Positions 37,150 to 47,760 of a DNA stretch of 64,000 nt are shown here, piece after piece. The stretch is taken from the NCBI RefSeq assembly GCF_032444005.1, contig NC_091285.1:517576001-517640000 (forward strand), given 5' to 3'. Source of the DNA: Ranitomeya imitator (taxonomy: Eukaryota). Below the pieces are notes generated by a model. The model was not told the DNA's origin and ran no database searches. It saw only the letters and a program-made list of their open reading frames with translations. Position 1 is the stretch's first letter. Each line of letters starts with the position of its first letter. A program made the position numbers and the translations under genes.

Positions 37150-40100
37150 TGTGGGAGATTAAGATTGACATTTCTGCTAGAGTGCCATCCCTGTCTGTGT
37201 CATCTCTCACTCAGTGGGCCATAGAAAGCCTATATATTTTTTTGCTTGATTTGGGTTATAAAATCTACCTGAAAAAATCACTACATCAATCAGTGGGAGA
37301 AAAATATTGGCCTCAGGGCTTGTGTGCCACTCTTGACTCCTGTGTGCATCATCACTCACTCAGTGGGCCATAGAAAGCCTATTTATTTTTTTGCTTGATT
37401 TTGGTTCTAAAATCTACCTGAAAAAATCACTACATCAATCAGTGGGAGAAAAATATTGGCCTCAGGGCTTGTGTGCCACTCCTGACTCCTGTGTGCATCA
37501 TCACTCACTCAGTGGGCCATAGAAAGCCCTTTTTTTTTTTTTTTTGCTTTATTTGGGTTCTAAATTCTACCTGAAAAAATCAATAAATCAATCAGTGGGA
37601 GATTAATATTGGACTTTGGGCTTGTGTGCCAGTCCTAAGCGTGCCATCTCTCTCTCTCTCAGATAGTGGGCCATAGAAAGCCTATTTATTTATTTTTTTT
37701 TTATTGGGTTTATAAATTTTCCCTGGAAAAAAAAAAAAAAGTGGGAGATTAATATTGGCCTCTGGGCTTGTGTGCCAGTCCTGAGCGTGCCATCTCTCTC
37801 ACAAATAGTGGGCCATAGAAAGCCTATTTATTTATTTTTTTTTGGTTTTATAAATTCTCCCTTAAAAAAAAAGGGAGATTAATATTGGCCTTTGGGCTTG
37901 TGTGCCAGTCCTAAGCGTGCCATCTCTCTCTGTCTCTCAGATAGTGGGCCATAGAAAGCCTATTTATTATTTTTTTTATTGGGTTTATAAATTTTCCCTG
38001 GAACAAAAAAAAAAAGTGGGAGATAAATATTGGCCTCTGGGCTTGTGTGCCACTCCTGACTCCTGTGTGCGTCATCTCTCACTCAGTGGGCCATAGAAAG
38101 CCTTTTTTTTGTTTTATTTGTTTTCTAAATTCTCCCTGAAAAAATCATTTTATTTTATTTGGTTTCTAAATTCTTCCTGAAAAAATCATTTTATTCTATT
38201 TTTTTTTCCTAAAGTCTCCCTGAAAAAAACAAAAACAAAAACAAATCAGTGGGAGATTAATATTGCCCTTTCTGCTTGTGTGCCAGTCTTGACTCCTGGG
38301 TGTGCCATCTCTCTCTCTCTCTCCAATTGTGGGCCATAGAAAGCCTATTATTTTTTTAGCTTGATTTGGGTTCCAAAATCTACCTGAAAAAAAATCACTA
38401 CATCAATCAGTGGGAGATAAATATTGGCCTCTGGGCTTGTGTGCCACTCCTGACTCCTGTGTGCGTCATCTCTCACTTAGTGGGCCATAGAAAGCCTTTT
38501 TTTGTTTTATTTGTTTTCTAAATTCTCCCTGAAAAAATCATTTTATTTTATTTGGTTTCTAAATTCTTCCTGAAAAAATCATTTTATTCTATTTTTTTTT
38601 TCCTAAAGTCTCCCTGAAAAAAACAAAAAAAAAAACAAATCAGTGGGAGATTAATATTGCCCTTTCTGCTTGTGTGCCAGTCTTGACTCCTGGGTGTGCC
38701 ATCTCTCTCTCTCTCTCCAATTGTGGGCCATAGAAAGCCTATTATTTTTTTTAGCTTGATTTGGGTTCCAAAATCTACCTGAAAAAATCACTACATCAAT
38801 CAGTGGGAGATAAATATTGGCCTCTGGGCTTGTGTGCCACTCCTGACTCCTGTGTGCGTCATCTCTCACTCAGTGGGCCATAGAAAGCCTTTTTTTGTTT
38901 TATTTGTTTTCTAAATTCTCCCTGAAAAAATCATTTTATTTTATTTGGTTTCTAAATTCTTCCTGAAAAAATCATTTTATTCTATTTTTTTTTTCCTAAA
39001 GTCTCCCTGAAAAAAAAACAAAAAAAAACAAATCAGTGGGAGATTAATATTGCCCTTTCTGCTTGTGTGCCAGTCTTGACTCCTGGGTGTGCCATCTCTC
39101 TCTCTCTCTCCAATTGTGGGCCATAGAAAGCCTATTATTTTTTTAGCTTGATTTGGGTTCCAAAATCTACCTGAAAAAATCACTACATCAATCAGTGGGA
39201 GATAAATATTGGCCTCTGGGCTTGTGTGCCACTCCTGACTCCTGTGTGCGTCATCTCTCACTCAGTGGGCCATAGAAAGCCTTTTTTTGTTTTATTTGTT
39301 TTCTAAATTCTCCCTGAAAAAATCATTTTATTTTATTTGGTTTCTAAATTCTTCCTGAAAAAATCATTTTATTCTATTTTTTTTTCCTAAAGTCTCCCTG
39401 AAAAAAACAAAACAAAAACAAATCAGTGGGAGATTAATATTGCCCTTTCTGCTTGTGTGCCAGTCTTGACTCCTGGGTGTGCCATCTCTCTCTCTCTCTC
39501 CAATTGTGGGCCATAGAAAGCCTATTATTTTTTTTAGCTTGATTTGGGTTCCAAAATCTACCTGAAAAAATCACTACATCAATCAGTGGGAGATAAATAT
39601 TGGCCTCTGGGCTTGTGTGCCACTCCTGACTCCTGTGTGCGTCATCTCTCACTCAGTGGGCCATAGAAAGCCTTTTTTTGTTTTATTTGTTTTCTAAATT
39701 CTCCCTGAAAAAATCATTTTATTTTATTTGGTTTCTAAATTCTTCCTGAAAAAATCATTTTATTCTATTTTTTTTTTCCTAAAGTCTCCCTGAAAAAAAA
39801 CAAACAAAAACAAATCAGTGGGAGATTAATATTGCCCTTTCTGCTTGTGTGCCAGTCTTGACTCCTGGGTGTGCCATCTCTCTCTCTCTCTCCAATTGTG
39901 GGCCATAGAAAGCCTATTATTTTTTTAGCTTGATTTGGGTTCCAAAATCTACCTGAAAAAATCACTACATCAATCAGTGGGAGATAAATATTGGCCTCTG
40001 GGCTTGTGTGCCACTCCTGACTCCTGTGTGCGTCATCTCTCACTCAGTGGGCCATAGAAAGCCTTTTTTTGTTTAATTTGTTTTCTAAATTCTCCCTGAA

Positions 40101-40660
40101 AAAATCATTTTATTTTATTTGGTTTCTAAATTCTTCCTGAAAAAATCATTTTATTCTATTTTTTTTTTCCTAAAGTCTCCCTGAAAAAACAAAAAACAAA
40201 AACAAATCAGTGGGAGATTAATATTGCCCTTTCTGCTTGTGTGCCAGTCTTGACTCCTGGGTGTGCCATCTCTCTCTCTCTCTCCAATTGTGGGCCATAG
40301 AAAGCCTATTATTTTTTTTAGCTTGATTTGGGTTCCAAAATCTACCTGAAAAAATCACTACATCAATCAGTGGGAGATAAATATTGGCCTCTGGGCTTGT
40401 GTGCCACTCCTGACTCCTGTGTGCGTCATCTCTCACTCAGTGGGCCATAGAAAGCCTTTTTTTGTTTTATTTGTTTTCTAAATTCTCCCTGAAAAAATCA
40501 TTTTATTTTCTTTGGTTTCTAAATTCTTTCTGAAAAAATCATTTTATTCTATTTTTTTTTTTTCCTAAAGTCTCCCTGAAAAAAAAAAAAAAATCAAATC
40601 AGTGGGAGATTAATATTTACATTTGTGCTTCAGTGACAGTCCTGCGTGTGTGGCATCTCT
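37150..40660. repeat. Tandem array in hAT 5-prime region: ~120-140-bp monomers grading into a ~392-bp higher-order unit (6 copies)
   Basis: GTGGGCCATAGAAAGCC recurs throughout. CCAATTGTGGG at 38323, 38717, 39110, 39500, 39892, 40284. Confidence 0.95.
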
Positions 40661-40824
40661 CTAATTTGTTGCCACCAACAACAGAGTGTGTAACATTGTG
40701 CCTGATTTTCGTTGTGGTCTCACTCACCTGTAAAGGGGTAGCTAAATCATACTGAAGTTATAGCTCACCGTGTAATTTGTGTGACAGCAACAAATACCGT
40801 TAGTTTGTTTACGTTTTTAAAACA

Positions 40825-43800
40825 ATGAGGAAGTATGGTGGAAGAGGTCGTGGCCGGGGGCGTTCATTGTCAGCTGGTAATGAGGGTAGAGGTAGTGGTG
40901 GAGCATCAGCTGGTCGTGGGAAAAAAAATATTGCACCTAAGTCTGGAGCTGTGGAGCCAGGTTCGTCGTCTGGCTACACAAGGCCTCGAACGCTCCCTTT
41001 TCTGGGAGTAGGAAAACCGCTTTTAAAGCCGGAGCAGCAAGAGCAAGTTTTGGCTTATCTTGCTGACTCAGCCTCTAGCTCTTTTGCCTCCTCTCGTGAA
41101 ACTGGTAAATGTCAAAGCAGCGCGTCGTTAGTGGATGTTCACGGTCAGGGACAAGTCGCTTCCTTGTCCTCTTCAGCAAAAACAACAACAGAGAAGAATG
41201 CAGCAGGCGACACAACGGGTTACTCCATGGAGCTCTTTACACATACCGTCCCTGGCTTAGAAAGTGAAGCAGTTAACAGTCCATGCCCATTACAAGTTGA
41301 ATCTGACATGGAGTGCACTGATGCACAGCCACAGCCAGACTACTATGCTGGTCCTTTGACTCAGACCACAACATTGCCCTCGCAGGGTGCTGATCAAGAA
41401 TCAGACCCTGATGAGACTATGTTGCCCCATCACGAACGCTATACCACCGACCGACACGGTGACACAGACGAAGTTGCACACGAGCTACAAGAAGAGGTAA
41501 TAGATGACCCAGTTCTTGACCCCGATTGGCAGCCATTGGGGGAACAGGGTGCAGGCGGCAGCAGTTCTGAAGCGGAGGAGGAGGGGCCGCAGCAGGCATC
41601 AACATCGCAACAGGTTCCATCTGCCGGGCCCGTATCTTTCCCAAAACGCGTGGCAAAGCTAAAACCTGTTGGAGGACAGCGTGGCCATCCGGTTAAAGCT
41701 CAGTCTGCAATGCCTGAAAAGGTATCCGATGCTAGAAAGAGTGAAGTCTGGCATTTTTTTAAACAACATCCAATTGATCAGCGCAAAGTCATCTGTCAAA
41801 AATGTTCAACTACCTTAAGCAGAGGACAGAATCTGAAAAGTCTCAATACAAGTTGCATGCATAGACATTTAACCACCATGCATTTGCAAGCCTGGACTAA
41901 CTACCAAACGTCCCTTAAGGTTGTAGCACCCTCGGCCAATGAAGCTAGTCAGCAACGCAACATCCCTTCCGGCAGTGTAGGGCCACCATTTTCCGCACCA
42001 CCTGCAGTATCTGTGCAGGTTTCTTTGCCAGGCCAAAGCCGTCAGGGTCAGGGAATCACCAGTTTCATAGTAGGAAACACTGCATCTAGGGCACCGGTGG
42101 CAACAATACCATCTCCCACCGTCTCTCAGTCTGCCATGTCCACCGGCACCCCCGCTAGTTCCACGATCTCCAGCTCTCCAGTCCAGCTCACCCTACATGA
42201 GACTATGGTTAGAAAAAGGAAGTACTTAGCCTCGCATCCGCGTACACAGGGTTTGAACGCACACATAGCTAGACTAATCTCGTTAGAGATGATGCCCTAC
42301 CGGTTAGTTGAAAGCGAAGCTTTCAAAGCCCTGATGGACTACGCTGTACCACGCTACGAGCTACCCAGTCGACACTTTTTTTCCAGAAAAGCCATCCCAG
42401 CCCTCCACCAGCATGATAAAGAGCGCATCGTCCATGCACTCAGGCAATCTGTGAGCACAAAGGTGCACCTGACAACAGATGCATGGACCAGTAGGCATGG
42501 CCAGGGACGTTACGTGTCCATCACGGCACACTGGGTAAATGTGGTGGATGCAGGGTCCACAGGGGACAGCAAGTTTGGGACAGTTCTGCCTAGCCCACGG
42601 TCTAGGAAACAATTGGCTGTAGCCGTTCGCACCCCCTCCTCCTCCTCTTCGTCCTCCTGCAGAAGCGAGAGCTCGTCCACAGACCGCAGTCGCACAACCA
42701 CTCCATCCGCAGCTGCCACTGTTGCACACCAGGTCTCCCATTATGGGGCAGCTACTGGCAAACGTCAGCAGGCTGTATTGGCTATGAAGTGTTTGGGCGA
42801 CAACAGACACACCGCGGAAGTTCTGTCCGAGTTCTTGCAGAAAGAAACGCAGTCGTGGCTGGGCACTGTAGATCTTGAGGCAGGCAAGGTAGTGAGTGAT
42901 AACGGAAGGAATTTCATGGCTGCCATCTCCCTTTCCCAACTGAAACACATTCCTTGCCTGGCTCACACCTTAAACCTGGTGGTGCAGTGCTTCCTGAAAA
43001 GTTATCCGGGGTTATCCGACCTGCTCCTCAAAGTGCGTGGACTTTGCTCACATATCCGCCGTTCGCCCGTACACTCCAGCCGTATGCAGACCTATCAGCA
43101 TTCTTTGAACCTTCCCCAGCATCGCCTAATCATAGACGTTGCAACAAGGTGGAACTCAACACTGCACATGCTTCAGAGACTGTGTGAACAGAGGCGGGCT
43201 GTTATGTTTTTGTGGGAGGATACACATACACGGGCAGGCAGTAGGATGGCAGACATGGAGTTGTTAGGTGTGCAGTGGTCGAAGATTCAAGACATGTGTC
43301 AAGTCCTTCAGTGTTTTGAGGAATGCACACGGCTGGTTAGTGCAGACAACGCCATAATAAGCATGAGCATCCCCCTAATGCGTCTGCTAATGCAAAGTTT
43401 GACGCACATAAAGGATCAGGCGTCTGCAGCTGAGGAAGAGGAAAGCCTTGATGACAGTCAGCCATTGTCTGGCCAGGGCAGTGTACAGGACGAGGTAGCG
43501 GGCGAAGAGGAGGAGGAGGACGAGGAGGATGATGGGGATGATTATATTTTTAATGAGGAAGCTTTTCCGGGGCCACTGGAAATTGGTGGCGCGGCAAGGC
43601 CGGGTTCTGGTTTTTTGAGGGACACAAGTGACGTGGATTTGCCTGAAACTGCCCCTCAACCAAGCACAACCGCAGATTTGAGAACTGGAACTTTGGCCCA
43701 CATGGCGGATTATGCCTTACGTATCCTCAAAAGGGACACACGCATAACTAAAATGATGAATGATGACGATTACTGGTTGGCCTGCCTCCTTGATCCTCGC

Positions 43801-44388
43801 TATAAAGGCAAATTGCAAAATATAATGCCACATGAGAACTTGGAACTAATATTAGCAACCAAACAATCAACTCTTGTTGACCGTTTGCTTCTGGCATTCC
43901 CTGCACACAGCGCCCGTGATCGTTCTCACACGAGCTGCAGGGGCCAGCAGACCAGAGGAGTTAGAGGGGCAGAAATCAGAAGTGGCGTTGGCCAGAGGGG
44001 TTTTCTGACCAGGTTGTGGAGTGATTTTGCTATGACCGCAGACAGGACAGGTACTGCAGCATCAATTCAAAGTGACAGGAGACAACATTTGTCCAGTATG
44101 GTTACAAACTATTTTTCATCCCTTATCGATGTTCTTCCTCAACCGTCATTCCCATTTGATTACTGGGCATCAAAATTAGACACCTGGCCAGAATTGGCAG
44201 AATATGCATTGCAGGAGCTTGCTTGCCCGGCAGCTAGTGTCCTATCAGAAAGAGTATTCAGTGCTGCAGGTTCAATACTAACAGAAAAAAGGACTCGTCT
44301 GGCTACCCAAAATGTAGATGATCTAACCTTCATTAAAATGAACCACAACTGGATTTCGAAATCTTTTGCCCCCACCTTGCCCGGCTGA
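40825..44388 (+). CDS. Intact hAT transposase, 1187 aa (BED zinc finger, DDE core, dimerisation domain)
   Basis: BED: VWHFF...CQKC...HRHLTTMH. Core: LTTDAW, VVSDNG, CLAH, DVATRWNST, SVLSERVFSAAG. No stops or frameshifts. AATAAA at 44634. Confidence 0.96.
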   Translation: MRKYGGRGRGRGRSLSAGNEGRGSGGASAGRGKKNIAPKSGAVEPGSSSGYTRPRTLPFLGVGKPLLKPEQQEQVLAYLADSASSSFASSRETGKCQSSASLVDVHGQGQVASLSSSAKTTTEKNAAGDTTGYSMELFTHTVPGLESEAVNSPCPLQVESDMECTDAQPQPDYYAGPLTQTTTLPSQGADQESDPDETMLPHHERYTTDRHGDTDEVAHELQEEVIDDPVLDPDWQPLGEQGAGGSSSEAEEEGPQQASTSQQVPSAGPVSFPKRVAKLKPVGGQRGHPVKAQSAMPEKVSDARKSEVWHFFKQHPIDQRKVICQKCSTTLSRGQNLKSLNTSCMHRHLTTMHLQAWTNYQTSLKVVAPSANEASQQRNIPSGSVGPPFSAPPAVSVQVSLPGQSRQGQGITSFIVGNTASRAPVATIPSPTVSQSAMSTGTPASSTISSSPVQLTLHETMVRKRKYLASHPRTQGLNAHIARLISLEMMPYRLVESEAFKALMDYAVPRYELPSRHFFSRKAIPALHQHDKERIVHALRQSVSTKVHLTTDAWTSRHGQGRYVSITAHWVNVVDAGSTGDSKFGTVLPSPRSRKQLAVAVRTPSSSSSSSCRSESSSTDRSRTTTPSAAATVAHQVSHYGAATGKRQQAVLAMKCLGDNRHTAEVLSEFLQKETQSWLGTVDLEAGKVVSDNGRNFMAAISLSQLKHIPCLAHTLNLVVQCFLKSYPGLSDLLLKVRGLCSHIRRSPVHSSRMQTYQHSLNLPQHRLIIDVATRWNSTLHMLQRLCEQRRAVMFLWEDTHTRAGSRMADMELLGVQWSKIQDMCQVLQCFEECTRLVSADNAIISMSIPLMRLLMQSLTHIKDQASAAEEEESLDDSQPLSGQGSVQDEVAGEEEEEDEEDDGDDYIFNEEAFPGPLEIGGAARPGSGFLRDTSDVDLPETAPQPSTTADLRTGTLAHMADYALRILKRDTRITKMMNDDDYWLACLLDPRYKGKLQNIMPHENLELILATKQSTLVDRLLLAFPAHSARDRSHTSCRGQQTRGVRGAEIRSGVGQRGFLTRLWSDFAMTADRTGTAASIQSDRRQHLSSMVTNYFSSLIDVLPQPSFPFDYWASKLDTWPELAEYALQELACPAASVLSERVFSAAGSILTEKRTRLATQNVDDLTFIKMNHNWISKSFAPTLPG

Positions 44389-44859
44389 CACCTAGCTTTC
44401 CTATGAAAAGGTCTTGCCTGTGGACTATTCTGAATGCCTTTTCCAATCTCGTAATTTTCTGCACCTGATTGTCCAGCATACGACATGTTTACACCTCACT
44501 AAATGGCCAAACTCCCCACACGGGGCCGTGGTATCGACACTTGGCGACAGCACCCGTGAGAGTGCAGTTTGTCTGAAGAGGTGGGTGAGCCCGCTTTTGG
44601 TCGACGGCACTGCCACTGGGTCCCTCCTAGTACAATAAAGTGTCTCTGGCGGTGGTGGTGCGCACCCAACGTCAGACACACCGTTGTAATATGAGGGGCC
44701 CTGGGCCTGTACCGCCGGCCACAAGACAGTTTCCCCCCACCCCAGCTCAAACAGTGCTCTACCACTTGCAAAATTATCTCACAGCTCCACCAATGTTTAG
44801 TCTATGCGCTGACATCCTTCAATGCCTGCCACTGACAATACCATTGTATTGACATTTTT

Positions 44860-46142
44860 GTTATGTTAGGCCTTCGATGCCTGTCTGTGGTCACTCCTTC
44901 CACTAGGCCTCCACTGACCACACCACTGCTGCCCGTGTACCCCTGTAACCAATTTAAAATTGCCTACAGCCATGTGTTATTATTTTAGGCCTTCGATGCC
45001 TGTCTGCGGTGACTCCTTCCACTAGGCCTCCACTGACCACACCACTGCTGCCCGTGTATCCCTGGAACCAATTTAAAATTGCCTACAGCCATGTGTTATT
45101 ATTTTAGGCCTTCGATGCCTGTCTGCGGTGACTCCTTCCACTAGGCCTCCACTGACCACACCACTGCTGCCCGTGTACCCCTGTAACCAATTTAAAATTG
45201 CCTACAGCCATGTGTTATTATTTTAGGCCTTCGATGCCTGTCTGCGGTGACTCCTTCCACTAGGCCTCCACTGACCACACCACTGCTGCCCGTGTACCCC
45301 TGGAACCAATTTAAAATTGCCTACAGCCATGTGTTATTATTTTAGGCCTTCGATGCCTGTCTGTGGTCACTCCTTCCACTAGGCCTCCACTGACCACACC
45401 ACTGCTGCCCGTGTACCCCTGTAACCAATTTAAAATTGCCTACAGCCATGTGTTATTATTTTAGGCCTTCGATGCCTGTCTGCGGTGACTCCTTCCACTA
45501 GGCCTCCACTGACCACACCACTGCTGCCCGTGTACCCCTGGAACCAATTTAAAATTGCCTACAGCCATGTGTTATTATTTTAGGCCTTCGATGCCTGTCT
45601 GCGGTCACTCCTTCCACTAGGCCTCCACTGACCACACCACTGCTGCCCGTGTACCCCTGTAACCAATTTAAAATTGCCTACAGCCATGTGTTATTATTTT
45701 AGGCCTTCGATGCCTGTCTGCGGTGACTCCTTCCACTAGGCCTCCACTGACCACACCACTGCTGCCCGTGTACCCCTGTAACCAATTTAAAATTGCCTAC
45801 AGCCATGTGTTATTATTTTAGGCCTTCGATGCCTGTCTGCGGTGACTCCTTCCACTAGGCCTCCACTGACCACACCACTGCTGCCCGTGTACCCCTGGAA
45901 CCAATTTAAAATTGCCTACAGCCATGTGTTATTATTTTAGGCCTTCGATGCCTGTCTGCGGTCACTCCTTCCACTAGGCCTCCACTGACCACACCACTGC
46001 TGCCCATGTACCCCTGGAACCAATTTAAAATTGCCTACAGCCATGTGTTATTATTTTAGGCCTTCGATGCCTGTCTGCGGTCACTCCTTCCACTAGGCCT
46101 CCACTGACCACACCACTGCTGCCCGTGTACCCCTGGAACCAA
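44860..46142. repeat. 119-bp tandem array (~10.7 copies) in hAT 3-prime region
   Basis: TAGGCCTTCGATGCC at 44867, 44986 and onward. Units differ only at a few recurrent sites. Confidence 0.97.
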
Positions 46143-46335
46143 CATCAGAAAATATAAAAATAAGTATTTTGCTTATAAAAAAGAAAATACTGGAGAGATA
46201 TCAAATGCAGACATTTTAACATTAAAAACAAACACATACAACAAAAATCTGGTACAGTACTAAAAATGGCCACCAGCTACAATAACTTTCTCCTGCAAGT
46301 AGTTAACTGAAAGGTTTTTTCAATTTTAAACACAG

Positions 46336-46440
46336 ATATGGCATCCACCGAGTGTTGTCCTGTCGCGTCTTCTTTATATTATTGCCAAGAAGATGCAAAA
46401 CAATGAAAATAATAAAATCATTATTTACCAAAAAAATAGA
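46336..46440 (+). other. Exon-like cassette inside the hAT element
   Basis: ttttcaattttaaacacAG acceptor and AGA|gtaagt donor, 105 nt. Open in phase 0 (IWHPPSVVLSRLLYIIAKKMQNNENNKIIIYQKNR) and in phase 2. Confidence 0.35.
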
Positions 46441-46481
46441 GTAAGTCAAAACCACATTGCAAATAAACATTCATTACAAAT

Positions 46482-46558
46482 AAAGAAGCAGGGCGCGTCC
46501 GAGGGTGAGTATATACCTAATAAGAATATAATCACCCTCGGACGCGCCCTGCTTCTTT
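46482..46558. repeat. Perfect 27-bp inverted repeat (hairpin)
   Basis: AAAGAAGCAGGGCGCGTCCGAGGGTGA (46482-508) / TCACCCTCGGACGCGCCCTGCTTCTTT (46532-558). Confidence 0.95.
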
Positions 46559-46589
46559 CCGACAGCCTTCCTTCCTAAGAATCAGCCCT

Positions 46590-47760
46590 TCCGTGGTGTA
46601 GAGAGAGGGTTTGTTACACTCCAAGGTGTTCCCCAGGTTGCCTTTCCTGAGCTTCGATCTTCCGGCTCTCGTTTAGTAGTTGTTGGAAACTACGCTGCAT
46701 TGGGCCTACAAATTGGGTATGGGGTGTAGAGAGATTGTGTGTTCCACTCCAAGGTGTTCCCCAGGTTGCCTTTCCTGAGCTTCGATCTTCCGGCTCTCGT
46801 TTAGTAGTTGTTGGAAACTACGCTGCATTAGGCCTACAAATTGGGTATGGGGTGTAGAGAGATGGTGTGTTCCACTGTAGAGAGATGGTGTGTTCCACTC
46901 CAAGGTGTTCCCCAGGTTTCCTCTCCATTGCTTCGATCTTCCGGCTCTCGTTTAGTAGTTGTTGGAAACTACGCTGCATTAGGCCTACAAATTGGGTATG
47001 GGGTGTAGAGAGATGGTTTGTTACACTCCAAGGTGTTCCCCAGGTTTCCTCTCCATTGCTTCGATCTTCCGGCTCTCGTTTAGTAGTTGTTGGAAACTAC
47101 GCTGCATTAGGCCTACAAATTGGGTATGGGGTGTAGAGAGATGGTGTGTTACACTCCAAGGTGTTCCCCAGGTTTCCTCTCCATTGCTTCGATCTTCCGG
47201 CTCTCGTTTAGTAGTTGTTGGAAACTACGCTGCATTGGGCCTACAAATTGGGTATGGGGTGTAGAGAGATGGTGTGTTCCACTCCAAGGTGTTCTCCAGG
47301 TTGCCTTTCCTGAGCTTCGATCTTCCGGCTCTCGTTTAGTAGTTGTTGGAAACTACGCTGCATTAGGCCTACAAATTGGGTATGGGGTGTAGAGAGATGG
47401 TGTGTTACACTCCAAGGTGTTCCCCAGGTTTCGTCTCCATTGCTTCGATCTTCCGGCTCTCGTTTAGTAGTTGTTGGAAACTACGCTGCATTAGGCCTAC
47501 AAATTGGGTATGGGGTGTAGAGAGATGGTGTGTTCCACTGTAGAGAGATGGTGTGTTCCACTCCAAGGTGTTCCCCAGGTTTCCTCGCCAATGCTTCGAT
47601 CATCATGCTCTCGTTTAGTAGTTGTTGGAAACTACGCTGCATTAGGCCTACAAATTGGGTATGGGGTGTAGAGAGATGGTGTGTTCCACTCCAAGGTGTT
47701 CTCCAGGTTGCCTTTCCTGAACTTCTATCTTCAGGCTCTCATTAAATTGTGGTTAAACGG
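46590..47760. repeat. 128-bp tandem array (~9 copies) in hAT 3-prime region
   Basis: GGCCTACAAATTGGGTATGGGGTGTAGAGAG unit. Two units carry a 20-bp internal duplication. Confidence 0.95.

Noticed and set aside
40825-44388. Domesticated ZBED-family host gene
   Set aside because: TIRs and a perfect 8-bp TSD inside an L1 fossil show it is a recent transposon insertion, so no gene symbol was assigned.
37150-47760. Regular repeat arrays next to a large nuclease-like ORF (CRISPR-like layout)
   Set aside because: Units are contiguous tandem copies with no unique spacers, and the ORF is a hAT transposase in vertebrate DNA.
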